Source: Thermoplasmata archaeon (GTDB lineage: Archaea > Thermoplasmatota > Thermoplasmata > UBA10834). Taken from it: a DNA stretch of 64,000 nt. The translations under genes and the position numbers were made by a program. Under the pieces are notes generated by a model that saw only the letters and a program-made list of their open reading frames with translations, did no database searches and had not been told where the DNA came from. The DNA is taken from NCBI GenBank assembly GCA_029864565.1, contig JAOTTD010000002.1, positions 11,885 to 75,884 of the forward strand, given 5' to 3'. This document shows, piece by piece, positions 44,912 through 54,161 of this stretch; position 1 is the stretch's first letter; every line of letters begins with the position of its first letter.

Positions 44912-45145
44912 TCAGAACTTTATACCTGTCAGCGTCTTTGTGTCAATCACTCCGGCGATCGAGCGGACCTTGTCGACAACCACTTGCCCAAGCAGGTTGA
45001 AGTCCTCTGCCTCGATCTTGGCGATCAGGTCGTATTCTCCGAACAGCGGATGCAGCTCGACGACCTCCTTAACCTTCAGGAGCTCGTTGTAGACCTCGTG
45101 CTCTTTTGCCGGCGCAGTGCTTATGAGTATAAAACCCACGGCCAT
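44912..45145 (-). CDS. Stand-alone Lrp/AsnC ligand-binding (RAM) domain protein
   Basis: GFILISTAP...VVELHPLFGEYDLIAKIEAEDFNLLGQVVVDKVRSIAGVIDTKTL is the RAM fold pattern. 77 aa, no HTH. Confidence 0.75.
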   Translation of the reverse strand: MAVGFILISTAPAKEHEVYNELLKVKEVVELHPLFGEYDLIAKIEAEDFNLLGQVVVDKVRSIAGVIDTKTLTGIKF

Positions 45146-45261
45146 TTGGTCTCACCAAACCCCAATAATGGGATGTCCTGTCATAAAGCTTTCGGGGCTG
45201 GCTTTATGGATGATTTGACCTCAAATGGCCATGAATCCGTTTGGACTTCGCACGCGCACGC

Positions 45262-46194
45262 CTAGACGTTCTTCCTCCGGGCGGCGCGCCTTTGGACCAT
45301 CTCCCACGTCGGAAGCGCGCTCTGCGCCCCGACGCTCTCCACGACGAACGACGCCACGGAGGCGCCCACCCATGCGCACTCCTCGACAGGTAGGCCGCGG
45401 CTGAGACCTGCGTAGAATCCCGCCCTGAAGCCGTCTCCCGCCCCGGTGGTATCGACCACTATGTCAGGAGCGATTGCGCCGACTATAACCTCGTCGTCAT
45501 CCGTGATGATTCTGCTGCCGTCACTGCCCAGTGTGTTGACTATCAGGCTCACGTATGACAGGAGCTCTCGGTCGTCCTCGAGGTTCAGATACGATTTCGC
45601 CCTCTCCAGCTCGGATGAGTTCATGAATAGCACATGGGAGTACTCGAGCATCTGCTTGAACGTCTCAGGGTCGTAAACGTAGTGTATCTCCTGGGCGGGG
45701 TCGAAACATACCATCTTCTTCCGCCATCTCGCCCGCTTCGCCACCTTCAGCATATATGCAGGCCGACCGGTTCCGATGTGGACGAACTTCGAGGAGTCGA
45801 CCGTGTGCGTCCTGAGTGGCTGCTTGTCCTGCAGGCGCACCGCCCCCTGGTCCACGAAGCCTATCTGATTGTGCTCAGCGTCAGATATCATGATGATGTA
45901 CGAGGTCCTCTGGCCGCGGACCTTGATGACATCCGTCGTATCGACGCCGACTTCGTTCAGGGCGTCCTTGAACTTGTTGGGGAAATCGTCCCCTACATGG
46001 CTAGCCAAAGCAGTCTTGACGTCGAGCGCAGCGGCCATCCTCGCGAGGTTCGCTCCCGTGCCACCGAAGAACTCCTGCCGGTCGACCAATTCAACACAGG
46101 TGTTGGGCTGCGGGAAACTGTCGGAGGAATAGATGATGTCCACCGCCGCATGACCGTAAATCCCCAGGAAATTGCTCTTGCGCACGCACCTCAC
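45262..46194 (-). CDS. PfkB family carbohydrate/nucleoside kinase (possibly adenosine kinase)
   Basis: FFGGTGANLA and C-terminal DTTGAGDGFRAGF are the PfkB signatures. Adjacency to ahcY suggests an adenosine-removing role; that is inference only. Confidence 0.8.
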   Translation of the reverse strand: MRCVRKSNFLGIYGHAAVDIIYSSDSFPQPNTCVELVDRQEFFGGTGANLARMAAALDVKTALASHVGDDFPNKFKDALNEVGVDTTDVIKVRGQRTSYIIMISDAEHNQIGFVDQGAVRLQDKQPLRTHTVDSSKFVHIGTGRPAYMLKVAKRARWRKKMVCFDPAQEIHYVYDPETFKQMLEYSHVLFMNSSELERAKSYLNLEDDRELLSYVSLIVNTLGSDGSRIITDDDEVIVGAIAPDIVVDTTGAGDGFRAGFYAGLSRGLPVEECAWVGASVASFVVESVGAQSALPTWEMVQRRAARRKNV

Positions 46195-46317
46195 ATCCGT
46201 AAACCCGTATCGCTTCCACCGTACTTGAAAAATCTGCCCCCTTGTGCCCCGTGGCTCGCAATCGCACTGGCTTAAGAACGCAAGCGGTTTTCGGAACTGG
46301 GCGCTATCGTGCGCCTC

Positions 46318-47562
46318 TCAGGTACCTTCTCTCCATTCCCTCATATACTTCTTCTGAGAATCGGAGAGCTGGTCTATCTCCAGTCCCATCGTTTTCAGCT
46401 TGATCCTCGCAACCTGCTCGTCTATATGATCTGGCACGTCGTAAACGTCCGGCTCCAACGAGCGGGCGCTGAATGCCATGTACTCGAGACACAGCGCCTG
46501 AATGGCGAAGCTCATGTCCATTATCTCGGCAGGGTGTCCCTGGCCGGCAGCCAGGTTCACGAGCCGCCCGTCCGCCAGCAGGTACACCCTCTTCCCGTTC
46601 TTCAACTGGTACTCGTGCACGGAATCCCTCACCTTCCTGCGCTTCTTGGACAGCTCTCTGAGCCCTGCTTTCGATATCTCGTTGTCGAAATGCCCCGAGT
46701 TGGCCAGGACGCATCCGTCCTTGACATTGCGCAGGTGTTTCGCGGTGACTACGTCCTTGCAGCCAGTGGCTGAGACAACCATGTCCGCCTCCTTCAGGGC
46801 CTCTGCGATCGGTTTGACGGCGAAACCGTCCAACCGCGCCTCGATGGCTCGTATGGGATCCACCTCGCAAACCGTCACGTCGGCCCCCATTCCCTTGGCG
46901 CGCATGGTTATCCCCTTCCCGCACCATCCGTAGCCTGCGACCACGAAGTTCTTGCCCGCGATAACGAGGTTCGTCGCGGCCATGATGCCATCCATAGTCG
47001 ATTGGCCGGTCCCATACCTGTTGTCGAACATGTACTTCATGTACGCGTCGTTAACGGACATCACTGGGAATTTGAGGGAACCTTCCTGAGCCATTGCCCT
47101 TATCCTCATAACCCCGGTGGTCGTCTCCTCGTTACCCCCCTTCACTGTGGGTAGGAGTTCCTTACGCTTCGTGTGCAGTAGGAATATGAGATCGGCACCA
47201 TCGTCTATGACATAATCCGGCTTCATGTCAAGCACTCGGTTTAGCGAGATGTAGTAATCCTTCTGGGACTGCCCCCTCTTAGCATACGTCTCCAACCCGT
47301 ACTTCTTGTTGAGCGCGAGCGCCACCGAGTCGTCCGTCGAGAGTGGGTTGCATCCCGTCAATCGGACCTCGGCACCGGCCTCCTGGATAGTAAGCGCGAG
47401 CACGGCTGTTTTGGCCTCCGTGTGCAGGGCCATGCCGACCTTCAATCCCTCGAAGGCCTGTTCCTTTACCATGCGTTCCCTTATCTTGGCTAGGACTGGC
47501 ATGTGCGTCCTGGCCCATTCAATCCTCTTCACGCCCTTATCGAGCAACTCGTTCGACGGCAT
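46318..47562 (-). CDS. ahcY: Adenosylhomocysteinase
   Basis: IEWARTHMPVL, LHTEAKTA, CNPLSTDD, NAD motif VAGYGWCGKG, GHFDNEI. Confidence 0.93.
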   Translation of the reverse strand: MPSNELLDKGVKRIEWARTHMPVLAKIRERMVKEQAFEGLKVGMALHTEAKTAVLALTIQEAGAEVRLTGCNPLSTDDSVALALNKKYGLETYAKRGQSQKDYYISLNRVLDMKPDYVIDDGADLIFLLHTKRKELLPTVKGGNEETTTGVMRIRAMAQEGSLKFPVMSVNDAYMKYMFDNRYGTGQSTMDGIMAATNLVIAGKNFVVAGYGWCGKGITMRAKGMGADVTVCEVDPIRAIEARLDGFAVKPIAEALKEADMVVSATGCKDVVTAKHLRNVKDGCVLANSGHFDNEISKAGLRELSKKRRKVRDSVHEYQLKNGKRVYLLADGRLVNLAAGQGHPAEIMDMSFAIQALCLEYMAFSARSLEPDVYDVPDHIDEQVARIKLKTMGLEIDQLSDSQKKYMREWREGT

Positions 47563-47611
47563 CGTACCTGAGCAACGGAGTACATTGCGCTAAGAAAAAG
47601 ATGTTGCATGG

Positions 47612-48388
47612 CTACTGAGAGCCGGGTTCGGTCCCTAATTGCTCCAAATTGGAGGCCATCAGCCGCATGACGGCGCGGAGGTTCTCATCCCTGTCGTACC
47701 TCTCCAGCGCCCTATCCATCTCAGTCGTGTCGCCTTTGAGTTCCTCCACACAGCCAGTAATCAGGGGCAAAGCCTTGGTGACCTCGTCCACGACGGTCAC
47801 GGTCGCCGACCGGGCGGTCCTCGAAAGAGGGTTGAGGTCGACCGCTACGACCTTCTTGCCCATGCCCACGAGAGCTTCTGCACGGTCGCCGTCTTCGAGC
47901 GCCACGAGGACCGCATCGGCAGAGTAGATACCCTCCCGAGTGCACAGCCCCCTCGCGCCCTCCAACCCAGGTATCCTCTCGTCCGGGAGAAAGCCGAGCA
48001 CCTGCGACACTCCCTCGCGCTCCAGTGCGGCCTGTATCTTGGATAGTCGCTCATCCGACCTGTGGAACAGCCCTATCTCGATCTTAGCAGGAATCGCCTT
48101 GGACAGGTCCGCGATGGCTCGCGGGCACAGCGCCGCGACGTTCCCGTTCACTGAGATGACCGGCTGCTTCGCCACAATCAGCGTCGTCGCAGCCGCTCTC
48201 GCTGCGACCCGCGCATGCTTCACAGTGCGCTCTCCAAGGAGATAGTAGAACATCTCGCCTCTTCCATGAGCGATCAGCCCATGCGGTGCAACAATCCCGC
48301 TTGCGAAGCCGTCCACTAGCCGTTCGCGCAGCTCGAGAGATTCGCGCCGTGGATGAGTCTTGGGGATTTTTGTCATGACAGTCACCAT
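47612..48388 (-). CDS. 4-phosphopantoate--beta-alanine ligase (archaeal phosphopantothenate synthetase)
   Basis: IPKTHPRRESLELRE, GLIAHGRGEMFYYLLGE, VISVNGNVAAL match the archaeal PPS (COG1701) pattern as remembered. Start ambiguous: 48388, 48376 or 48448. Confidence 0.8.
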   Translation of the reverse strand: MVTVMTKIPKTHPRRESLELRERLVDGFASGIVAPHGLIAHGRGEMFYYLLGERTVKHARVAARAAATTLIVAKQPVISVNGNVAALCPRAIADLSKAIPAKIEIGLFHRSDERLSKIQAALEREGVSQVLGFLPDERIPGLEGARGLCTREGIYSADAVLVALEDGDRAEALVGMGKKVVAVDLNPLSRTARSATVTVVDEVTKALPLITGCVEELKGDTTEMDRALERYDRDENLRAVMRLMASNLEQLGTEPGSQ

Positions 48389-48448
48389 CGCGAATGCCTC
48401 GTCCGCGGACGGTCGAGGCTTACGTTGGGGGAAATTGATGCCCAACAC

Positions 48449-48522
48449 TTAAATAGATTGAGAAAAACCTTATATATAACATCACATATAGGGCGCTGAG
48501 CACAAAATATAAATATGATTCG
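48449..48522. promoter_or_regulatory. AT-rich divergent promoter region (PPS gene / gar1-tfb)
   Basis: The most AT-rich stretch in the window. It contains cttaaatag, ccttatatataac and aaaatataaatat between divergently oriented genes. Confidence 0.35.
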
Positions 48523-48813
48523 GTGAGCGAGTTGAAGCTTCTTGGAGTCGTGCAGGATATCTCCCACGACGGAAAGCTCATTGTGAGGGCTAGATTCGCA
48601 CCGAAGAACGGTGCAATTGTGCGTGACAACTTGAAGGTGACCATGGGCAGAGTGACCAGGGTTTTCGGCCCTGTTCGCTCGCCGTACGTCGCCATTCAAC
48701 CCGAGAGAGACATGAAGACCATTGCCATCCTAGGCAAGGAAGTCTATGTGCTAGAAGAGGGGGACCATGCCAAAGGTAAGAGAAGAGACAGAGCAGATCG
48801 AAAGATGCCCTGA
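48523..48813 (+). CDS. gar1: H/ACA ribonucleoprotein complex subunit Gar1
   Basis: [17 protein letters not shown]...[31 protein letters not shown] is the Gar1 beta-barrel pattern. GTG start. The basic tail overlaps the tfb start. gar1-tfb linkage is common in archaea. Confidence 0.8.
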   Translation: MSELKLLGVVQDISHDGKLIVRARFAPKNGAIVRDNLKVTMGRVTRVFGPVRSPYVAIQPERDMKTIAILGKEVYVLEEGDHAKGKRRDRADRKMP

Positions 48814-49699
48814 ATGCAACAGCGCCCATCTTGTCAGAGACTACGAACGTGGAGAACTCGTGTGCGAGGATTGTGGCATAGTCCTCGACGACCAGCTCAT
48901 CGACCAGGGTCCGGAATGGAGGGCTTTCGACGTCGAGCAGGGAGAGAAGAGGGCTCGTACGGGCGCTCCGATGACTTACACGATACACGACAAGGGCCTG
49001 TCCACGGAGATATCGTGGAAGAACAAGGACTCCTACGGGAAGAGCATCCCGACCCGCAACAGAGCTCAGCTCTACAGACTCAGGAAGTGGCAGCGCAGGA
49101 TCAGGGTATCGAATGCGACCGAGCGGAACCTTGCGTTCGCGCTCAGCGAGCTCGACCGCATGGCCTCTTCGATGGGGCTCCCGCGCAACGTGCGGGAGAC
49201 CGCCGCGATGACATACCGTAAGGCGGTCAACAAGAACCTCATCAGGGGGAGGAGCATCGAAGGCGTCGTCGCTGCTTCGTTGTATGCGGCGTGCAGGCAG
49301 TGCAATGTTCCGAGGACCCTGGACGAGGTGGCGAACTCCTCACGAGTGGGAAGGAAGGAGATCGGCAGGACTTACAGGTTCATGACCAGGGAGCTCAAGC
49401 TCAAGCTGATGCCGACCAAGCCTCAGGATTACGTCTCGAGGTTCTGCTCCGAGCTGAAGCTGTCAGGCGAGGTCCAGTCCAAGGCGACCGAGATATTGAA
49501 GGACGCCGCCAAGAAGGAGCTGACCTCTGGCAGGGGGCCGACCGGCGTGGCCGCCGCGGCGATATACATATCGTCGATACTCTGCAACGAGAGACGGACC
49601 CAGAGAGAGGTGGCCGATGTTGCTGGCGTCACAGAGGTCACCATCAGGAACCGGTACAAGGAGCTGACCGAGAAACTAGGCATAGAAGTGCAGCTTTGA
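48767..49699 (+). CDS. tfb: Transcription initiation factor IIB (TFB)
   Basis: N-terminal Zn ribbon CPECNS...CEDCG, B-finger/linker GPEWRAF, and two cyclin-fold repeats ([18 protein letters not shown]; [18 protein letters not shown]). Confidence 0.95.
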   Translation: MPKVREETEQIERCPECNSAHLVRDYERGELVCEDCGIVLDDQLIDQGPEWRAFDVEQGEKRARTGAPMTYTIHDKGLSTEISWKNKDSYGKSIPTRNRAQLYRLRKWQRRIRVSNATERNLAFALSELDRMASSMGLPRNVRETAAMTYRKAVNKNLIRGRSIEGVVAASLYAACRQCNVPRTLDEVANSSRVGRKEIGRTYRFMTRELKLKLMPTKPQDYVSRFCSELKLSGEVQSKATEILKDAAKKELTSGRGPTGVAAAAIYISSILCNERRTQREVADVAGVTEVTIRNRYKELTEKLGIEVQL

Positions 49700-49740
49700 C
49701 CTCATTGGTTTGAAAAATTAAGGCGTTTAAGGGGTTTGAA

Positions 49741-49756
49741 AGAGCGCAAGCGCTCT
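49741..49756. terminator. Perfect palindrome between convergent genes (tfb / giant surface protein)
   Basis: agagcgc-aa-gcgctct (7-bp arms), preceded by T/A-rich ggtttgaaaaatta...gtttaa...tttgaa. Confidence 0.3.
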
Positions 49757-49767
49757 CCGCTCCATAC

Positions 49768-52700
49768 CTACTCGACGGGCGGCGCGGGGGCCTTCTTCCG
49801 GCGCATTAGCATCACAGCCAAGGCTGCGAGCACGATGATCACAAGCACAATGCCAGCGATCACCAAAGCGCTGATTCCTCCACCGTCTTCGGCTACGGTG
49901 AAGGTGACGGCCGCCTCACCGGTGTTTCCAGCCTTGTCGTAGGCACGCACTTCGACCGTATGTTCTCCAGCTTCGAGATCGCTGAACGCGCACTCAGATG
50001 CCGTCCCGACGGAGAAATACGATCCGCCGTCGATACACACCTCGATGCGGTCGATGCCACATCCGGCATCGGAACAGGTCCACTCTATCGTGACCGACTG
50101 ATCGCTCGTCTCCCAACCATCCTGAGGCGAGGTTATGCTTAGCGTCGGATTCGCCGTATCGACCATGAAGGTCACGCTGGCCGTAGCAACGTTGTCTGCG
50201 TTGTCAGTCACCCGCACGGACACATTGTGCGACCCCTGGGCAAGCTCGATGAACTGTCGCAAGTTGCTCGTGACCGCAGTCCATGCCCCTGAATCGAGCT
50301 TGATCTCCATGAGTGCTATCCCGCTTCCTGCGCCATCCGAGGCAGTCCAGGTCACGGTGACCGAGGACGAATTCAGGCTAGTGCCATTCGCCGGCGACGT
50401 TATCGACACGACGGGGGCCGTTGTGTCGGTCGAGACCGTGAATGTGACGGAGTCCGTCGCCGAGTTGTCTGCGAGGTTCGTAGCCCTCACGTCCACCGTG
50501 TGTTCCCCGTCGTCCAAGTCGCTGAAAGTCACTGAATCGCCAGTGACTGCCTGCCACTCGCCTTCGTCGAGTCTGGCATCGACCGATGCATCTTGATCAG
50601 ACAACGTCCATTCGACCGTGACGGAATCTATGTTCAAGACTGCGCCGTCAGCGGGAGAGGTAATGGTGATCTCAGGCAGACCCAGGTTCACGACGAATTC
50701 CACGCTGTCGATCGCGGTGTGTCCAGCCTCATCAGTCACGCGAATCTCGACTGTATGGGCCCCTTCGTCCAACGACGACACGACGGTGGAAGTCGCATCC
50801 GCAGATTCCCAGGAGCCTCCGTCTACGCGTCTCTCGACAGATACGACGTTGGTTCCAGTGCCATCCGTCGTGTACTCCACCGTCACTTCCTCAGAATCGG
50901 TGATCGTGCCGTCGACCGGGGAAGTTATAGAGACCGTCGGGGCGATGGTGTCGACCACCGTCATCGCATCTGCCTCATCCGGCGGCGGTTCGACCTGACC
51001 TATGCCGTTCACAAGTATGCTGTAGAAGGCATACTCTCCGTCGCCGTCAGTTGCCGAGAACTCCCATGCGTAAGGGGACGTGGCATCCTGATCGTGAAGT
51101 ACGAAAGCTCCCCCATCGTAGCTGTACCACAGCTCGACGTAATCAACGCCGAACGGGTCCGAGGCTGACGCCTCTACAGTGAAGGTTTCTGTGCTCTGAA
51201 ACGGATCAATGGCGCTGACTTCAGACTCAGGCATGCTGTAGCTCATTATTATCCAGGTGTCATTCGATGTCGGTGTCGTCTCCACGTTCCCAGCCCAGTC
51301 GACTGCGATTGTGTAGAACTCGTAGATTCCGGCATCGTGTGCCTCTGAGGCGTTGAATATGAACACATACGGCTCCTCAGAGTCAGCATCGCCCCACAAA
51401 GTGTATGGCTTGCCTCCATGGCTGTAATAGAGGGCCACCTCCCGGATGTCGTTTCCGTCTGGGTCTGTGGCGTTAGCATAGACGGTGACCTCGGGCGTCG
51501 AGCACTGAATCCCTGGCTGCGGATCGGATATCTCTGAAGTCGGTGATAATGTGTCAATATCGAGCCAGAAGTTCTCTGTCGTCGTCACATCGGCAACGAC
51601 CTCCACGGACGTCCTGTACTCCCGGATGTATCCGGCGGCAGTCACTCTCAAATCGTACATCCCTTCCTCGGCAACGTCGAAGTTGTATGAGCCATAGCTG
51701 TTGGATGTCTCACTCTCAAGGACGTCGGTCGAACCGGCCTCGAACAGGTCGATGACTGCTCCGAAGACGGGAGACAAGAACAGAGAATCCTTGATGGTGC
51801 CGGATATGGACGGTTGCGCGTCCATCACTTCGTGCAGTTCCTCGAGCTCGTTGGCGGCCAGGTCAACCACACTGCTATTGGCGACGTATCCCAACTTGGA
51901 GGAATTCACATATGCAGACCCCTCGCCCGGGACCATTATCATTGTCTGACCGGTCTCGTCGGTCTCACCGGTCTCCAGCAGTTTGCCGTCAATCGATACT
52001 GACACATCCACCCCTTCGATTGGGTCATCTTTGGTGTCATTGATGCTTACTATCAGTATCGGATAGTGGTTCAGAGTTAGGTTTCCCCACAGATCGTCGC
52101 TGCCTGCGACTTTGAGTGTTTTCTCACCGTCGAAGTAGTATTCCTTCGTAGCGGTTATTGTTATGTCGTCCTCATAAGGGGACCAGGCACCCTCAACCTC
52201 CAGCACGAAGTAGTACTCACCCGTCGAGTCCGTGGTTATCTCACCCAGGAGCGTATCCGAGGAGTCTCTGACCTCCACGAGGGCATCCTCGAGGGGGAGG
52301 GGGCCGGTCGTGTTTCCGTCGCTTATGACCCCCTGCACTACTGGCCATCTTTCCATATCGAAGCTAACGTTGACTCGCGTGTCCGAAGCCAAATCTCGCT
52401 GCTTGCTTTGCATGATGTAGCCGGAGCATGACGCATTGATCCAGTAAGTGCCCGGAGGCAGAGATACCGGGGTGGTAACGCCATAGCTCCCGTTTGCAGT
52501 TGTCCTCACACTATCCGAGTATGCGAGGCTCTCCATTGTGACCAGGGCGTCGCTCAGCCCTCCCCTGTCGACCTCATCTAGCACGTAACCCCAGATGATC
52601 GGGTTGGCTGGCACGATGACCAGGATGCCGAGATACAAGTACGCCGCTCCTTCGTTGTTCTCACCGCATCGCGGTGCGCCCACGGCGAAATCGGCAGCGT

Positions 52701-54009
52701 CGTCATCGTTGTAGTCGGCCGACTCATTACCTCCTGAAGACACACTCAATCCGAACCAGGAATCGGCTTCGGTGCCGTCGACGATCACGTCCGGCACGGA
52801 GTCGGCGGTGGAGTTGCCGTAGAAGACATACGCCCGCCCTGCGTTATTGGCTGCAGTATCGTTCATAGGCGCTCCGACCACGAGATCACCGATGTTGTCT
52901 GTCCTAGGGTCGCCGCCAGCAATGGACACTCCGAACATGTCGCCCGGCTGGCCGAGAGAGAATGTAACGTCGACATTCTTGTCGAACTTCCCTGACGTGG
53001 AGGAACCGTAGTAGAGCGATACCTCGCCCACGCTTGCCGCGTATGGAGCGCCGACGCCTACGTCGCCGTAGATGTCCCCGTTGTAGTCAAGGACCGCTAC
53101 AGACGTGCCGAATCTGTCTTTTTCCGCAGATCCCTCCAGAATGGACTCCTTTGGAACCGCCTTCGAGGGGTTCAGAATGACCCTGACTTCTCCTGTGTTA
53201 TCATCACCACTACCAGGGGCGCCCACGGCGATGTCTGGCAGCGGATTACCATCCAGGTTGACCCCGCCAGCCACTGAGAAACCGAATTGGTCGCCTTCAC
53301 TTGATCCAGTGAATGTTTTGTCCAGCGCTTCGCCCATGGAATCTCCGCCGTACAGGAGATAGACCGCTCCCCCCTCTGCGAAGGGTGCTCCCACGATCAC
53401 GTCGTCGGAGCCATCCATGTTGGCATCACCAGCGGTCGAGACGGAGTATCCCAGTTGGCCTCTTTCGAGCTCGCCTTCGATGATGATGTCGGCGTCGTAG
53501 GATCTGTCTGGCAAATCGTCGACGTCATCCGATCCCAGGATGACGTATACGGCACCGGCATCCAGACCGGCCGAATCGTTATCAGGAGCACCTATAATCA
53601 GATCATCTATACCATCGGCGTTGACGTCTCCTGCCCTGGCAACGGAGAATCCAAACCCTTCGCCTTCAGACCCGGCTATTTCGACGTCAGGGCCCGGCAC
53701 TGTCTCGTCTCCGAGGTATATCAATACCTTGCCTGCGCCAAGCCCTCCTGAGGAATCGCCAGGAGAACCAACGACGAGGTCGCCTACCCCGTCATGGTTG
53801 ATGTCCAGAAACGCGATGCATCTTCCAGCCCCAGCTGCCTCCGTCTGACCTGTCACGCACATGACGGGGTCGTCGGTCGCGTCGTAAGGATCAGCGCGGC
53901 TCGAGCCAGCGGGTATCAACGCGGCAGCAATCAAACACAGCACAACTATTGCAGCGACAGCAGAACGCTCCAGCTGTCGCTTATCGAGAATATATTCACC
54001 CATTGCCAA
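49768..54009 (-). CDS. Giant membrane-anchored surface protein: FG-GAP beta-propeller, CarboxypepD_reg-like modules, Ig-like repeats, C-terminal TM anchor
   Basis: 1413 aa. N-terminal hydrophobic signal/anchor (AVAAIVVLCLIAAALIP). Repeated FG-GAP strings (FGFSVA.AGDVNADGIDDLIIGAP; GYSVSTAGDANMDGSDDVIVGAP etc.). G.V.D-type beta-sandwich modules. Six Ig-like modules. Ends in TM ISALVIAGIVLVIIVLAALAVMLM plus RRKKAPAPPVE. Confidence 0.85.
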   Translation of the reverse strand: MAMGEYILDKRQLERSAVAAIVVLCLIAAALIPAGSSRADPYDATDDPVMCVTGQTEAAGAGRCIAFLDINHDGVGDLVVGSPGDSSGGLGAGKVLIYLGDETVPGPDVEIAGSEGEGFGFSVARAGDVNADGIDDLIIGAPDNDSAGLDAGAVYVILGSDDVDDLPDRSYDADIIIEGELERGQLGYSVSTAGDANMDGSDDVIVGAPFAEGGAVYLLYGGDSMGEALDKTFTGSSEGDQFGFSVAGGVNLDGNPLPDIAVGAPGSGDDNTGEVRVILNPSKAVPKESILEGSAEKDRFGTSVAVLDYNGDIYGDVGVGAPYAASVGEVSLYYGSSTSGKFDKNVDVTFSLGQPGDMFGVSIAGGDPRTDNIGDLVVGAPMNDTAANNAGRAYVFYGNSTADSVPDVIVDGTEADSWFGLSVSSGGNESADYNDDDAADFAVGAPRCGENNEGAAYLYLGILVIVPANPIIWGYVLDEVDRGGLSDALVTMESLAYSDSVRTTANGSYGVTTPVSLPPGTYWINASCSGYIMQSKQRDLASDTRVNVSFDMERWPVVQGVISDGNTTGPLPLEDALVEVRDSSDTLLGEITTDSTGEYYFVLEVEGAWSPYEDDITITATKEYYFDGEKTLKVAGSDDLWGNLTLNHYPILIVSINDTKDDPIEGVDVSVSIDGKLLETGETDETGQTMIMVPGEGSAYVNSSKLGYVANSSVVDLAANELEELHEVMDAQPSISGTIKDSLFLSPVFGAVIDLFEAGSTDVLESETSNSYGSYNFDVAEEGMYDLRVTAAGYIREYRTSVEVVADVTTTENFWLDIDTLSPTSEISDPQPGIQCSTPEVTVYANATDPDGNDIREVALYYSHGGKPYTLWGDADSEEPYVFIFNASEAHDAGIYEFYTIAVDWAGNVETTPTSNDTWIIMSYSMPESEVSAIDPFQSTETFTVEASASDPFGVDYVELWYSYDGGAFVLHDQDATSPYAWEFSATDGDGEYAFYSILVNGIGQVEPPPDEADAMTVVDTIAPTVSITSPVDGTITDSEEVTVEYTTDGTGTNVVSVERRVDGGSWESADATSTVVSSLDEGAHTVEIRVTDEAGHTAIDSVEFVVNLGLPEITITSPADGAVLNIDSVTVEWTLSDQDASVDARLDEGEWQAVTGDSVTFSDLDDGEHTVDVRATNLADNSATDSVTFTVSTDTTAPVVSITSPANGTSLNSSSVTVTWTASDGAGSGIALMEIKLDSGAWTAVTSNLRQFIELAQGSHNVSVRVTDNADNVATASVTFMVDTANPTLSITSPQDGWETSDQSVTIEWTCSDAGCGIDRIEVCIDGGSYFSVGTASECAFSDLEAGEHTVEVRAYDKAGNTGEAAVTFTVAEDGGGISALVIAGIVLVIIVLAALAVMLMRRKKAPAPPVE
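49891..50949 (-). repeat. Four tandem Ig-like domain repeats (85-91 aa each) within the giant protein
   Basis: Repeat units: 50686-50949, 50431-50685, 50158-50430, 49891-50157. Each starts (T/L)..P.(V/I)SITSP.DG, has a SVTV(E/T)WT core, then .G.H.V.VR..D.A.N. and ends (V/A)TF.V. Confidence 0.7.
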
Positions 54010-54036
54010 ATTCCCCGTTAGTTGAAAGAGTCAGCG

Positions 54037-54050
54037 CTATTAAATATTTT
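54037..54050 (-). promoter_or_regulatory. TATA-like box for the giant surface protein gene
   Basis: The minus strand reads aaaatatttaatag ~30-40 nt upstream of ATG 54009. Confidence 0.3.
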
Positions 54051-54117
54051 CCGCAGGCAATCTAATAGTCCAAGGGGGTTCGATTTCAACAGGTAGATGG
54101 TGTTTCCACGAGGGACA

Positions 54118-54130
54118 GCTATTTAAGTGG
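54118..54130 (+). promoter_or_regulatory. TATA-like box for gap
   Basis: gctatttaagtgg ~35-40 nt upstream of ATG 54162. Confidence 0.3.
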
Positions 54131-54161
54131 CACGAATATTCCACGTATTGGGGACGCGCGT

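Noticed and set aside
46304-46927. 207-aa Arg/Gly-rich minus-strand ORF and 213-aa plus-strand ORF (45634..46275) near ahcY/PfkB
   Set aside because: They are alternative frames or antisense frames of adenosylhomocysteinase and the PfkB kinase, with extreme Arg/Gly bias.
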